Source of the DNA: an uncultured Verrucomicrobiota bacterium
Lineage (GTDB): Bacteria; Verrucomicrobiota; Verrucomicrobiia; Limisphaerales; MWDV01
Direction: 5' to 3'
Length of the DNA: 64,000 bases
NCBI GenBank assembly: GCA_964548925.1
Contig: CAZJTM010000003.1
Coordinates: 16,155 to 80,154, forward strand
Position numbers and translations under genes: made by a program. The notes below the pieces were generated by a model that did not search any database, was not told the origin of the DNA, and was given only the letters and a program-made list of their open reading frames with translations. Of this stretch, positions 36,635 through 44,451 are shown piece by piece. The stretch's first letter is position 1, and every line of letters starts with the position of its first letter.

Positions 36635-38011
36635 TCAGAAGAGCCCGAACTTCTTGACGAGTTCGTCGGTGCGGATGCCTTGAGCAATGGCCAGCAGGAT
36701 GCCGCCTTCGTTGCCGCGACGGCGCAACGCTTCCTCCAGAATCGCCGTCTCCTGCTTCTTGGGGATGACGACGATGCCGTCGCAATCGGCGAAGATCAGG
36801 TCGTCTTTGTGGACGCTGATGCCGTCAATGACAATGGTCTTGTTCCGCGAGGTGACGACGCCGCGCTTGCGGGTGTCCTTGCAGTGATGGCCCTTGGCGA
36901 AGACCGGGAAGCCCATACGCCGCGTGTCCGGCCAGTCGCGCGTGACGCCGTCAATGATCGCTCCCACCGCGCCGGCGCGAATGGCGAGGTTGGCATTCAA
37001 CTCGCCGAAGAACGCGAAGCCGGGGGCGTGGTTGGCAACGACAATAACATCGTTGCTTACGACGTGATCGTAAAGATGGAGGCTGTCGTAAATTTTGCGG
37101 AAATCCTCGTCGTCGGAGCAGAGATCAATCTGCAGGGTCTTGGCGCGCCCAAGGATCTTCTGGTCGGGGAGGTTCAGTTGGAACTCCCGGGAAAGGACGC
37201 CGCTCACGCCCAGATCGTCCATCACGTCGGAGAGCAGCGGGCTGTTGAGCTGGAGCTTGAGGTTGGCGAAGAGGCGGCGCTCCTGTTCGCGCAGGCCGAT
37301 GGCGATGAGATTGGCCATCTCGAAATCCACGGGCCAGTTCACGTCCACGCTTTCGAGCGGGTCAATCTCCAGCAGGAACGGCCGGTCGCCGATGCGGCGT
37401 TTGGTGGCGAGCGCGGCGTCGCGCCGGACGGCATAGAGGCCCATGGACTCGATGATGTTGTCTTCGAGGTCCACGCTGTTGGGGATGTGGTTGAGGTCGT
37501 AACGCGGTCGGCCGTTCTCCCAGCGGTATTGCTTCTCCTTGCGGACGGCAACCACCGAATCATAGCGGTCGTCCGTCTTGAGAATCTCGATGGCCTTCTC
37601 GATCGTCTCGGTTCTGATGAAAGGCGACGTGCCGAGCAACTGCACGCAGATGTCAGCGTCGCAGTTGACGACCTCGTTGAGGAACAATTGGTGGCCGTCG
37701 GTCTTGTTCGAGGCGAGCGTGGGGTCGCGGCGCAGGATGCGGCATTTGACCTCAGAGGCGAGGCTGATGATCTCGTGCGACTCGGTGTCGAGCCAGACCT
37801 CATCCACGGAGGGGCAGGCGGCGAGTTTCTTCAGGCTGCGCAGGAAGAGCGGCTCGCCGTCCAGCAACATCGTATTCTTGTTGGGCACGCGCTGGCTGGA
37901 GCCCTTGGCCGGGAGGAAGGCGGCAACCGTCATGGTCTTGGGCTGCGCCTGCCGCTCCGTTGTGAATTCAGGGGCTTCGCCCACTGAGGTGGCAGCGACG
38001 GCAGCGCTCAT
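36635..38011 (-). CDS. Fusion protein: N-terminal CMP-sugar (NeuA/KdsB-type) cytidylyltransferase + C-terminal RraA/HMG-aldolase-like domain
   Basis: N-terminal part: AAFLPAKGSSQRVPNKN, VWLDTESHEI, VQLLGTSPF. C-terminal part: GRAKT, NDVIVVA..AFFGELNANLAIRAGAVGAIIDGVTRD, GFPVFAKG, DDLIFADCDGIVVIP. Confidence 0.75.
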   Translation of the reverse strand: MSAAVAATSVGEAPEFTTERQAQPKTMTVAAFLPAKGSSQRVPNKNTMLLDGEPLFLRSLKKLAACPSVDEVWLDTESHEIISLASEVKCRILRRDPTLASNKTDGHQLFLNEVVNCDADICVQLLGTSPFIRTETIEKAIEILKTDDRYDSVVAVRKEKQYRWENGRPRYDLNHIPNSVDLEDNIIESMGLYAVRRDAALATKRRIGDRPFLLEIDPLESVDVNWPVDFEMANLIAIGLREQERRLFANLKLQLNSPLLSDVMDDLGVSGVLSREFQLNLPDQKILGRAKTLQIDLCSDDEDFRKIYDSLHLYDHVVSNDVIVVANHAPGFAFFGELNANLAIRAGAVGAIIDGVTRDWPDTRRMGFPVFAKGHHCKDTRKRGVVTSRNKTIVIDGISVHKDDLIFADCDGIVVIPKKQETAILEEALRRRGNEGGILLAIAQGIRTDELVKKFGLF

Positions 38012-38029
38012 GGTGCAAGGATTCCAAAC

Positions 38030-38689
38030 TTAGGCGGCACGAATCGCCATGAGGTTCTCGCGGGCGATGTCGTTGGTCGGGTCCAGCTTGAGCACGCGCT
38101 CGAAGCAGGCTTGGGCGGCGTGCCGGTCGTTGGTTCTGGCGCAACAAACGCCCAGACGCATCAGCAATTCGAGGTCGTCCGGCCGGTCTTCCAAGGCGCC
38201 TTCGACGTATTCGCGGGCCTCGTCGTAGCGCTCGCGGGTGAAGAGGAAACCGCTGAACAGGCTCTGGGCCAGAGGATTCTCGGGGCTCAAGGTGATCGCG
38301 TGCCGGAAGATGTTCTCGGCTTCGCGGTCCTGTCCGAGTTGCTGGTGGGTCAGGGCCAGTTGCAGGAAGATTTCGCCATCAGTGGGGTCCAGCTCGCCGG
38401 CTTTCACGAAGGCCAGTCCGGCCCGCTCGTATTCGCCCAGTTGGTAGTGCAGGCTGCCAAGGGCGACCCAGATGTGGGCGTCGTGCGGGTCCACGTCGGC
38501 GGCTTGTTTGAGGAAATCGCGGGCGGCGCCAAGTTCGCCGCGCGCGTACCATTCGTCAGCGCGGCGGAGACACCAGTCGCGGATGCTGGCGATTTCCCGG
38601 GCGGCCTGGGGGTTGGAGGTGGCCGCGGGACTGAAGTCGAGGTTAAAGAGTTGGTGCTTGTGGTTGGAAACGGAAGCGGTGGTTTTCAT
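38030..38689 (-). CDS. TPR repeat protein
   Basis: 219 aa with several TPR-like helix pairs (AHIWVALGSLHYQLGEYERAGLAFVKAGELDP etc.). It lies immediately downstream of flagellin. Confidence 0.8.
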   Translation of the reverse strand: MKTTASVSNHKHQLFNLDFSPAATSNPQAAREIASIRDWCLRRADEWYARGELGAARDFLKQAADVDPHDAHIWVALGSLHYQLGEYERAGLAFVKAGELDPTDGEIFLQLALTHQQLGQDREAENIFRHAITLSPENPLAQSLFSGFLFTRERYDEAREYVEGALEDRPDDLELLMRLGVCCARTNDRHAAQACFERVLKLDPTNDIARENLMAIRAA

Positions 38690-38792
38690 GTTGTGTTTGG
38701 TCGGCCCGGCTCAACCGGCAGCGGGTCGGGTTTCGGTTCGGCGCGTTGGCCGCTGCCCGGTTACGCAGCGGCGGCAAACTTGGTTTTGGTTG

Positions 38793-38825
38793 ACGGGCGG
38801 GCCGATGTGGGGTCGGCCCGCCCGT
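38793..38825 (-). terminator. Perfect 13-bp GC-rich stem-loop about 60 nt downstream of the flagellin stop (terminator or mRNA-stabilising hairpin)
   Basis: acgggcgggccga / tcggcccgcccgt with a 7-nt loop. No U tract follows on the minus-strand transcript, so it is not a canonical intrinsic terminator. Confidence 0.35.
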
Positions 38826-38882
38826 GGAAGGAGCCAGCGGTCTCGGCGTTTTGGTGGGCGACGATCTTCGCTGGACAGCGTG

Positions 38883-39686
38883 TTATTGCAGCAGCCGGAG
38901 CACGGACTGCGGCATGGAATTGGCCTGCGCCAGCATCGCGGTGCCGGACTGGACGAGGATGTTCTGCTTCGCGTATTGGGTGCTTTCCTCGGCCACGTCC
39001 ACATCTTGGATGCGGGAGCTGGCGGCGGTGAGGTTCTCTTTGCTCACCATCAGTTGTTGGACCGTCGAGTTCATGCGGGCCTGGTAGGCGCCGATGGTCG
39101 CGCGGTCCTCCGAAAGTTTGGTAATCGCGGCCTTGATCTTGGTCAGCGTGTCCTGCGCTTCGGTGTTCGTCGCCACGCTGCCATTGAAGGCCTCGGTGTA
39201 AACGGCCGCGCCGAGGCTGATGCCCTGCATGGCGAAATTGTTGCCGTCCGAGTCAATGACCACGTTGAGGCTGTCGCCGGTGAACAGGCTGACCCCGTTG
39301 AAGTCCTTGGTGGCGGCGCTGGTGATGTAGGCGCTCAACTGGCCGAATTCACTTTGGTAGAGCTGGCGGTCGTTGTCGGACTTGGTAACGTCCTGCGCGA
39401 GGATCGAGAGTTCGCTCATCCGGTCCAGCGCCTTGGCGATGGTCTTGAGATAGCCATCCTGGGTCTGGGTGTAGGAGATGGCGTTGCCCACGTTGTCGCG
39501 CGCGGCGTCGAGCCGGCGGATTTGGGCGTCCAGGCGGGAAGCGACGGCCAGCCCGGCGGCGTCGTCTCCCGGTTGGATGATCTTGCTGCCGGAGCTGAGG
39601 CGCGAGAGTGAGCGGCTCAACATGGCTTGGTTGGTCTGCAGGTTGTGCGAGGAAACCTGCGCGGCGATGTTCGTGTTGATGATCAT
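38883..39686 (-). CDS. fliC: Flagellin (short, D0/D1-only type)
   Basis: MIINTNIAAQVSSHNLQTNQAMLSRSLSRLSSGSKI..DDAAGLAV at the N terminus. TAMLAQANSMPQSVLRLLQ at the C terminus. 267 aa. Confidence 0.95.
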   Translation of the reverse strand: MIINTNIAAQVSSHNLQTNQAMLSRSLSRLSSGSKIIQPGDDAAGLAVASRLDAQIRRLDAARDNVGNAISYTQTQDGYLKTIAKALDRMSELSILAQDVTKSDNDRQLYQSEFGQLSAYITSAATKDFNGVSLFTGDSLNVVIDSDGNNFAMQGISLGAAVYTEAFNGSVATNTEAQDTLTKIKAAITKLSEDRATIGAYQARMNSTVQQLMVSKENLTAASSRIQDVDVAEESTQYAKQNILVQSGTAMLAQANSMPQSVLRLLQ

Positions 39687-39707
39687 AGAACGGGCGGTTG
39701 GATGGAG

Positions 39708-39989
39708 TTACTGGACTGGAGAGATGGGGGTGGCCGGCGCCTTTTGGGGCTTCATTTTGGCGGTGGTTGGCAGGCGGAGCGGCAGTTTGGGCAGCGGCCC
39801 GCGCGGGCGGGTCAGCGCGGCCTGGTTGTTGCGCTGGATTTCCTCATAGACCTCGCGCCGATGCACGGGAACGTCTGCCGGCGCGTCAATGCCCACCTTC
39901 ACCACTTCGCCCTCCACGCGAACGATCTTCACGTGGATGCGCCCATCAATCACGATGCTTTCGCCGGTTTTGCGGGAGAGAATAAGCAT
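39708..39989 (-). CDS. csrA: Carbon storage regulator CsrA with extended Pro/Lys-rich C-terminal tail
   Basis: MLILSRKTGESIVIDGRIHVKIVRVEGEVVKVGIDAPADVPVHRREVYEEI. 93 aa in total. Confidence 0.93.
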   Translation of the reverse strand: MLILSRKTGESIVIDGRIHVKIVRVEGEVVKVGIDAPADVPVHRREVYEEIQRNNQAALTRPRGPLPKLPLRLPTTAKMKPQKAPATPISPVQ

Positions 39990-40006
39990 GGCAGGCGCGG
40001 TTGAGG

Positions 40007-40444
40007 TTATTCAGCGTCGGCCAGCGGCAACGGATGTTGCACCGAGTAGGCGGACGCATTGGCGATGACCACCTGCTTGCCGACCCCGGAGTGGCGGTTC
40101 ACAACGATGGGCCCCTTCAGATTGACCGTGGCGCGGTTGGGGCCGTGCAAGGTCACGATATTGAGCAACTGCGCGTCCTCGGGGGCGGTGATGCCGAGGA
40201 ATTCCACATCGGGCGGCGGGAGGTTGGGCTGATAATCCGGCACGACCAGGAACGGATCCACCACGATAAAGGCCAGGGCGGGATTATTTCTGACCTCCAG
40301 CCAGCGGAAGGGTTCCTCGCCGGGGTTGGTGATGAGCACGTAGTCTTTGATCTGCTCAAACCCCAGAAGCCCCATCGGCAGCCTCAATCCGTGGCTGGTG
40401 GCCTTTTCAGGCGTGTCCGTTACTGTCGGGCTATCGCATTTCAT
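40007..40444 (-). CDS. fliW: Flagellar assembly factor FliW
   Basis: LPMGLLGFEQIKDYVLI..PFRWLEV..PALAFIVVDPFLVVPDY is FliW-like. It sits directly upstream of csrA, the same order as fliW-csrA-hag in B. subtilis. Confidence 0.88.
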   Translation of the reverse strand: MKCDSPTVTDTPEKATSHGLRLPMGLLGFEQIKDYVLITNPGEEPFRWLEVRNNPALAFIVVDPFLVVPDYQPNLPPPDVEFLGITAPEDAQLLNIVTLHGPNRATVNLKGPIVVNRHSGVGKQVVIANASAYSVQHPLPLADAE

Positions 40445-41277
40445 TCCGCAGAACGTTTAGCAACGGATATGCCAGCACCCGGGGCGACGACTTCTGCTGG
40501 CGTAACTTGCGGGAAATCAACTCGGCAAACCCCTTTGCAGAGGAGCGCGGCTCAGTCTCGCTTGGTTGAGGCATCCCTTCACCGGCAAAAAAGGTCGGCG
40601 TGGGGATGAAATTGCCCGGTGCGGGATCGCGCCCGAGAGCCTGGTGTCGCAACCGAGGCGATGGAGGTAATGGGGTTGGCGTTGAGCCGTTCGCGGAGTT
40701 TAGCCCGAGCGGCCCGCCGATGTTTTGGCGGTTACGCAGGAGCAACCCGCCATCACTCTTGACCCCGGCGCGGGCCGGTTTGTCTTGCCGGAGCCGGTGG
40801 GCTTTCTCTTCGCGTCCGCGTCCCCTCCCGCCGACCCAGAATCCCTGTTGATGGCGAGGCTTGATACCGACCATGGCGTAACGCGGTCCCGGTGGCATGG
40901 CGAACGCATCTGGGGCCAAGAGCTTGACCGGCGACTCGTCCACCGGTCCGCGCGTCGTTGCTCAAGAGCACTTATCGAGGGCTTTGGTCGTCCCGCAAGG
41001 CAAGCCAGACCCAATTCATCGCCGTTCCGGCCTCCGCACAGTTCGGCAAACTCTACCCGCCTCAACAGTGGCGGATGATCCGCAGTCGGTTCTCGGTTCA
41101 CCCGGCCATCTTCTCGTTTTCTTCTTCGGATTCCACAGGGTGGAAATCCCGGCCGGTTCGCGTGGTGATGCCTGTTTTCTCTGGAAAAGAGTCGTTTCTG
41201 TGACAGAACGGTGACGTTTTGGCAACACGGCCAGTCTGCGTTTGACTCGCCTCGCTCCCCTTTTGGATAAAGTAGGC

Positions 41278-42276
41278 ATGCGACTTTTCTCAGTTGTCTT
41301 GTTGGCGGTGCTGGTCTGCGGCTGCGCGGGCGCGAAAAAGCGCGGGGCCAGCATGAAAGACCCCTATGACGCGGTGCGCGTGGACCAGATGACCGGCAAC
41401 CACGTGTCCGGCCAGGTCTTCGAGCGAACGATCGTTTGCCTGAACGCCCGCCGCGAGACGCGCGCCCTGACCGTGCTGACCAACCAAACCGTGGCGCTCG
41501 TCACGAACGTGTCGCTGAGCTACGTCACCAACCTGAGCTTCACCCTCTCAACGAACCAGCAAACAGCCTTCGCCACCAACGAGGTCGCCGCCCTGCCCCC
41601 GCTGGCGGCGGCGGAGGCCAACGAGACAGGTGAAGCTGTGGCAGTTGCCTCCGCGCCCCTGCCGCCTCCCAGCACCAATGTCAGCCTGACCGCCGCCCAC
41701 AACGCCGTGCTGTCGAAGGCTGGCAGCCAAACCGTGCTCACGGCCAGCGCCCAGCAGCAGCGCAGCCGGCAAGTCACGACGACCCACGGCAACTTCACCG
41801 TGACGGCGGCAGATAACGAGAACACCTCCGCCGAAACCAACACAGTGGTGACGGTGGTGACGAACCTGACCGTCACGGCGGTCACAAATGTCACCGTCAC
41901 GCTCACGAATCAGCCGCTGCACGACTACTTCCTGACGGTGGAATACACCCCACCGCCGGACTTCGCGCTGCAATCGGGCGAATCCTTGGTGCTGTTGGTG
42001 GATGGCGTGCGGCATCCGTTGACGCAGGCGACTTCGCCCTCCGTGCTGGTGCCGCGCCGCGGTTTCTCCGTCGTCCTCTACCGCGCCACGCCGCAGTTGT
42101 TCGTGGACATCGCCAATGCCAAGCAGGTGAGCTTGCGGCTCAAAGGCGCAACGGCGGTCATCGAAAAGAAGATGAACGCCAGCAGCCGCGCCAACTTCCG
42201 CAAATTCCTGGTCAAGTATTTCACCCCGGAGTCATCGCAATGCGCCACGGCTGAATCCCCTCAACCGAACTCCTGA
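41278..42276 (+). CDS. Putative lipoprotein with Thr/Val/Asn-rich repeats carrying 10 N-X-S/T sequons (ATG 41278 preferred)
   Basis: Signal peptide with a lipobox-like LVCGC. Repeats such as TNQTVALVTNVSLSYVTNLSFTLSTN and VVTVVTNLTVTAVTNVTVTLTN. No family recognised. Confidence 0.6.
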   Translation: MRLFSVVLLAVLVCGCAGAKKRGASMKDPYDAVRVDQMTGNHVSGQVFERTIVCLNARRETRALTVLTNQTVALVTNVSLSYVTNLSFTLSTNQQTAFATNEVAALPPLAAAEANETGEAVAVASAPLPPPSTNVSLTAAHNAVLSKAGSQTVLTASAQQQRSRQVTTTHGNFTVTAADNENTSAETNTVVTVVTNLTVTAVTNVTVTLTNQPLHDYFLTVEYTPPPDFALQSGESLVLLVDGVRHPLTQATSPSVLVPRRGFSVVLYRATPQLFVDIANAKQVSLRLKGATAVIEKKMNASSRANFRKFLVKYFTPESSQCATAESPQPNS

Positions 42277-42277
42277 C

Positions 42278-42988
42278 ATGAAGAAAGCGGTCATTGTCCT
42301 CGCTATTCTCGCCGCCGCGTTCGCTTTCGCGTTGTTCCGCGCCAAGCAGAGCGCCGGTGTGGCGGCGCAACAGGCACAAGCCCAACTCGGTGCGGTATCC
42401 AACCGCATCAGCGAATTGGAGATGAAGCTCAACCACCAGGAACAGCTTGCTCGCTCGCTCGGCAGCCAGGTCACGAACCGGGTTGAGGAACTGAGCCAGC
42501 GCGCCGCCGAGATCAACCGGCTGCGCACGGCCCTCACGCGGGCCGAATCGGAAACGGGCGAGGTCCAAACCCGTCTGGCGGCCACCGAACCGGTTCGGCA
42601 GCGGCTCGAAACGGACATCGCCGGACTGAAATCCCGCATCGCGGAACTGGAGTCTTCTCTGGCACAGAGCGCCACGGAAAGTCATGCCCTCAAGGATCAG
42701 TTGGCCGCGCTCCACACGCAGCGCAACGCCCTGGCCCTGCAACTGGCGCACGCGCGGCAGGAAACCGCCACTTTGGGGGGGCGGCTGGAGAACCCCGATT
42801 TCCTGAAGGCCCAAAAGAACGCGCTCGCCCGCGCCGACAAGAGTTCTGCTTCGACCAACCGCGTCCCTCCGGTAACGTCTCCTCGTTTCCAAGCCGCGGC
42901 GGTCTCCAAGCCCCCCGCAGTCCCGCGGGTTTCCACATCGCTCGAGCTGCAGCCCGACGGTTCTGTTCGCAACGTGCCGGCCAACTGA
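42278..42988 (+). CDS. Membrane-anchored coiled-coil protein
   Basis: N-terminal TM helix (AVIVLAILAAAFAFALF). About 150 aa of heptad-like Q/E/L/R-rich sequence follow, then a Pro-rich tail. It starts 1 nt after the lipoprotein stop. Confidence 0.6.
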   Translation: MKKAVIVLAILAAAFAFALFRAKQSAGVAAQQAQAQLGAVSNRISELEMKLNHQEQLARSLGSQVTNRVEELSQRAAEINRLRTALTRAESETGEVQTRLAATEPVRQRLETDIAGLKSRIAELESSLAQSATESHALKDQLAALHTQRNALALQLAHARQETATLGGRLENPDFLKAQKNALARADKSSASTNRVPPVTSPRFQAAAVSKPPAVPRVSTSLELQPDGSVRNVPAN

Positions 42989-43308
42989 ATCGGCACGCTG
43001 CTGAGTTGATCGCAGCCGGCCGGCCGGGGTTGCAGCAGAACTCCGCCTCAGCAAATCGTCCACGTTCCATCGGCTCGACCACGAGCAGTTGCTCCACATG
43101 ATTGATAGCCGCGCCACGCAGCGCCATTGAGCCAGGTTGGCCGGAGGCGGATTGGATTGTAACAATTGGCGGCTTGCGCGGACCGTAACGCGCCCATTAT
43201 ACACCTCCGGAGCGCGTGCGTCGCGGTTGGCCGCGGCGTGGGGGCGCTTGCGCCCTGCCGTCCGGTTGGAAAGCGGAGCAAACTGCCGGGCGGACGGGCG
43301 ATGAACTT

Positions 43309-44451
43309 GTGACCCAAGCCAGACACAATCACTTGAATCCGCCAACACATTTTGAGGCCTCCCTCCAGCGGGCGATGGATGCCATCCGCGCGAAGGTCAC
43401 GCAAATGGCCGGGTTGGATGAGCGCGCCTTGAAGGCCAGCTTGCAGGCGTTCGTGGAGCGCAATCGGCAGTTGGCCTACTCGGTCATTCTGCGCGACCAG
43501 TATCTGGACGAGTTGGAAACGGAACTGGACCGGCTTTGCCTGGAATTCCTCGTGCGGCAGCAACCCGCCGCCGGCCCGCTGCGATTCGTTTTCACCACCA
43601 TCAAGATTAACAAGGAACTGGAGCGGATCGGGGATTACGCCGAGAGCGTCGCCCGCCAGGCGCTGAAGCTCAGTCCACTGGCGACGCCCCTGCCGCAGGA
43701 GAAGTTCGTCGAACTGGGCAACCTCGCCGTCCACATGCTGCGCGACGCGGTCCAGGCGTTTCTGGATCAGGACGCGGAGCTGGCGCGCCGGACGATGCTG
43801 ATCGAGGAGCGCGGGAATACCTTGCGCAACCAACTGAACGCGGAACTCTCCGCCCTGCACGATGCCGGGAAGCTGCCGACGGAGGCGTTGACCCCGCTGC
43901 TGACCATCGCCCGGCGTTTCGAGCGCGTCACGGATCAGACGAAGAACATCTGCGAGGAAGTGCTTTACCTTTGCACGGGCGAGTTCACCCATCATCCCGG
44001 CGCGGAGGCGTTCCGGATTTTGTTCGTGGATGCCGACAACTGCTGGCTCAGTCAGATGGCGGAGGGCATTGGCAATTCGCTGGGCGTGCCCGGGTTTGTT
44101 TTCAGCAGCGCGGGCATTGCGCCCCGGCCGGTGGACGCGCGGGTGGTGGAGTTCATGTCCCGGAAGGGCATTGATCTCTCGCGCCACACGAGCAAGACCC
44201 GTGAGCAAGTGCCGAACTGGGATCACTACCAAGTCGTGATCGCGCTGTGCGAGGAAGCGCAAAAAGTTTTCCCCGCAGCGCCCACGAAGACGATTTGCCT
44301 CACGTGGTCCCCGCCCGTCCCGGCCAGTACCGAGGGCAGTCTGGAGACGGTGCAAGCTGCTTTCACTTCCGCGTTCAACTTTCTTCAGGATCAAATCCAG
44401 GTTTTGGTGGAGGCGATCCGCGGAGAACCTCAACAACAAACGACCTCATGA
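43309..44451 (+). CDS. PhoU-domain protein fused to a degenerate LMW phosphatase/ArsC-like domain (GTG 43309 suggested; track start 43216)
   Basis: Two PhoU repeats (KELERIGDYAESVARQ and RRFERVTDQTKNICEEV). The C-terminal domain aligns by eye to LMW-PTP, but the P-loop reads V-D-A-D-N-C-W-L-S (44026-44052) instead of V-C-x-G-N-x-C-R-S. Confidence 0.75.
   Translation: MTQARHNHLNPPTHFEASLQRAMDAIRAKVTQMAGLDERALKASLQAFVERNRQLAYSVILRDQYLDELETELDRLCLEFLVRQQPAAGPLRFVFTTIKINKELERIGDYAESVARQALKLSPLATPLPQEKFVELGNLAVHMLRDAVQAFLDQDAELARRTMLIEERGNTLRNQLNAELSALHDAGKLPTEALTPLLTIARRFERVTDQTKNICEEVLYLCTGEFTHHPGAEAFRILFVDADNCWLSQMAEGIGNSLGVPGFVFSSAGIAPRPVDARVVEFMSRKGIDLSRHTSKTREQVPNWDHYQVVIALCEEAQKVFPAAPTKTICLTWSPPVPASTEGSLETVQAAFTSAFNFLQDQIQVLVEAIRGEPQQQTTS

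Noticed and set aside
36140-37987. 615-aa plus-strand ORF
   Set aside because: It is antisense to the KpsS-like gene and the cytidylyltransferase::RraA fusion, both of which show family motifs on the minus strand.
40400-40470. Sigma-28-like promoter (CTAAA ... TGCGATAG) around the fliW start
   Set aside because: Only 5 of 8 positions of the -10 element match. The spacing is off (about 17 nt), and it would fire inside or after the fliW start codon.
40431-40943. 170-aa minus-strand ORF directly upstream of fliW, considered as a possible flgM/flgN/flgL-type gene
   Set aside because: It is low-complexity Gly/Arg/Pro-rich sequence with no flagellar family motif. Only the last ~45 aa look protein-like. 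It is kept only as part of a gene-poor-region finding.
43048-44439. 463-aa minus-strand ORF
   Set aside because: It is antisense to the PhoU fusion gene, which has clear PhoU repeats. Its composition is of the shadow-frame type.
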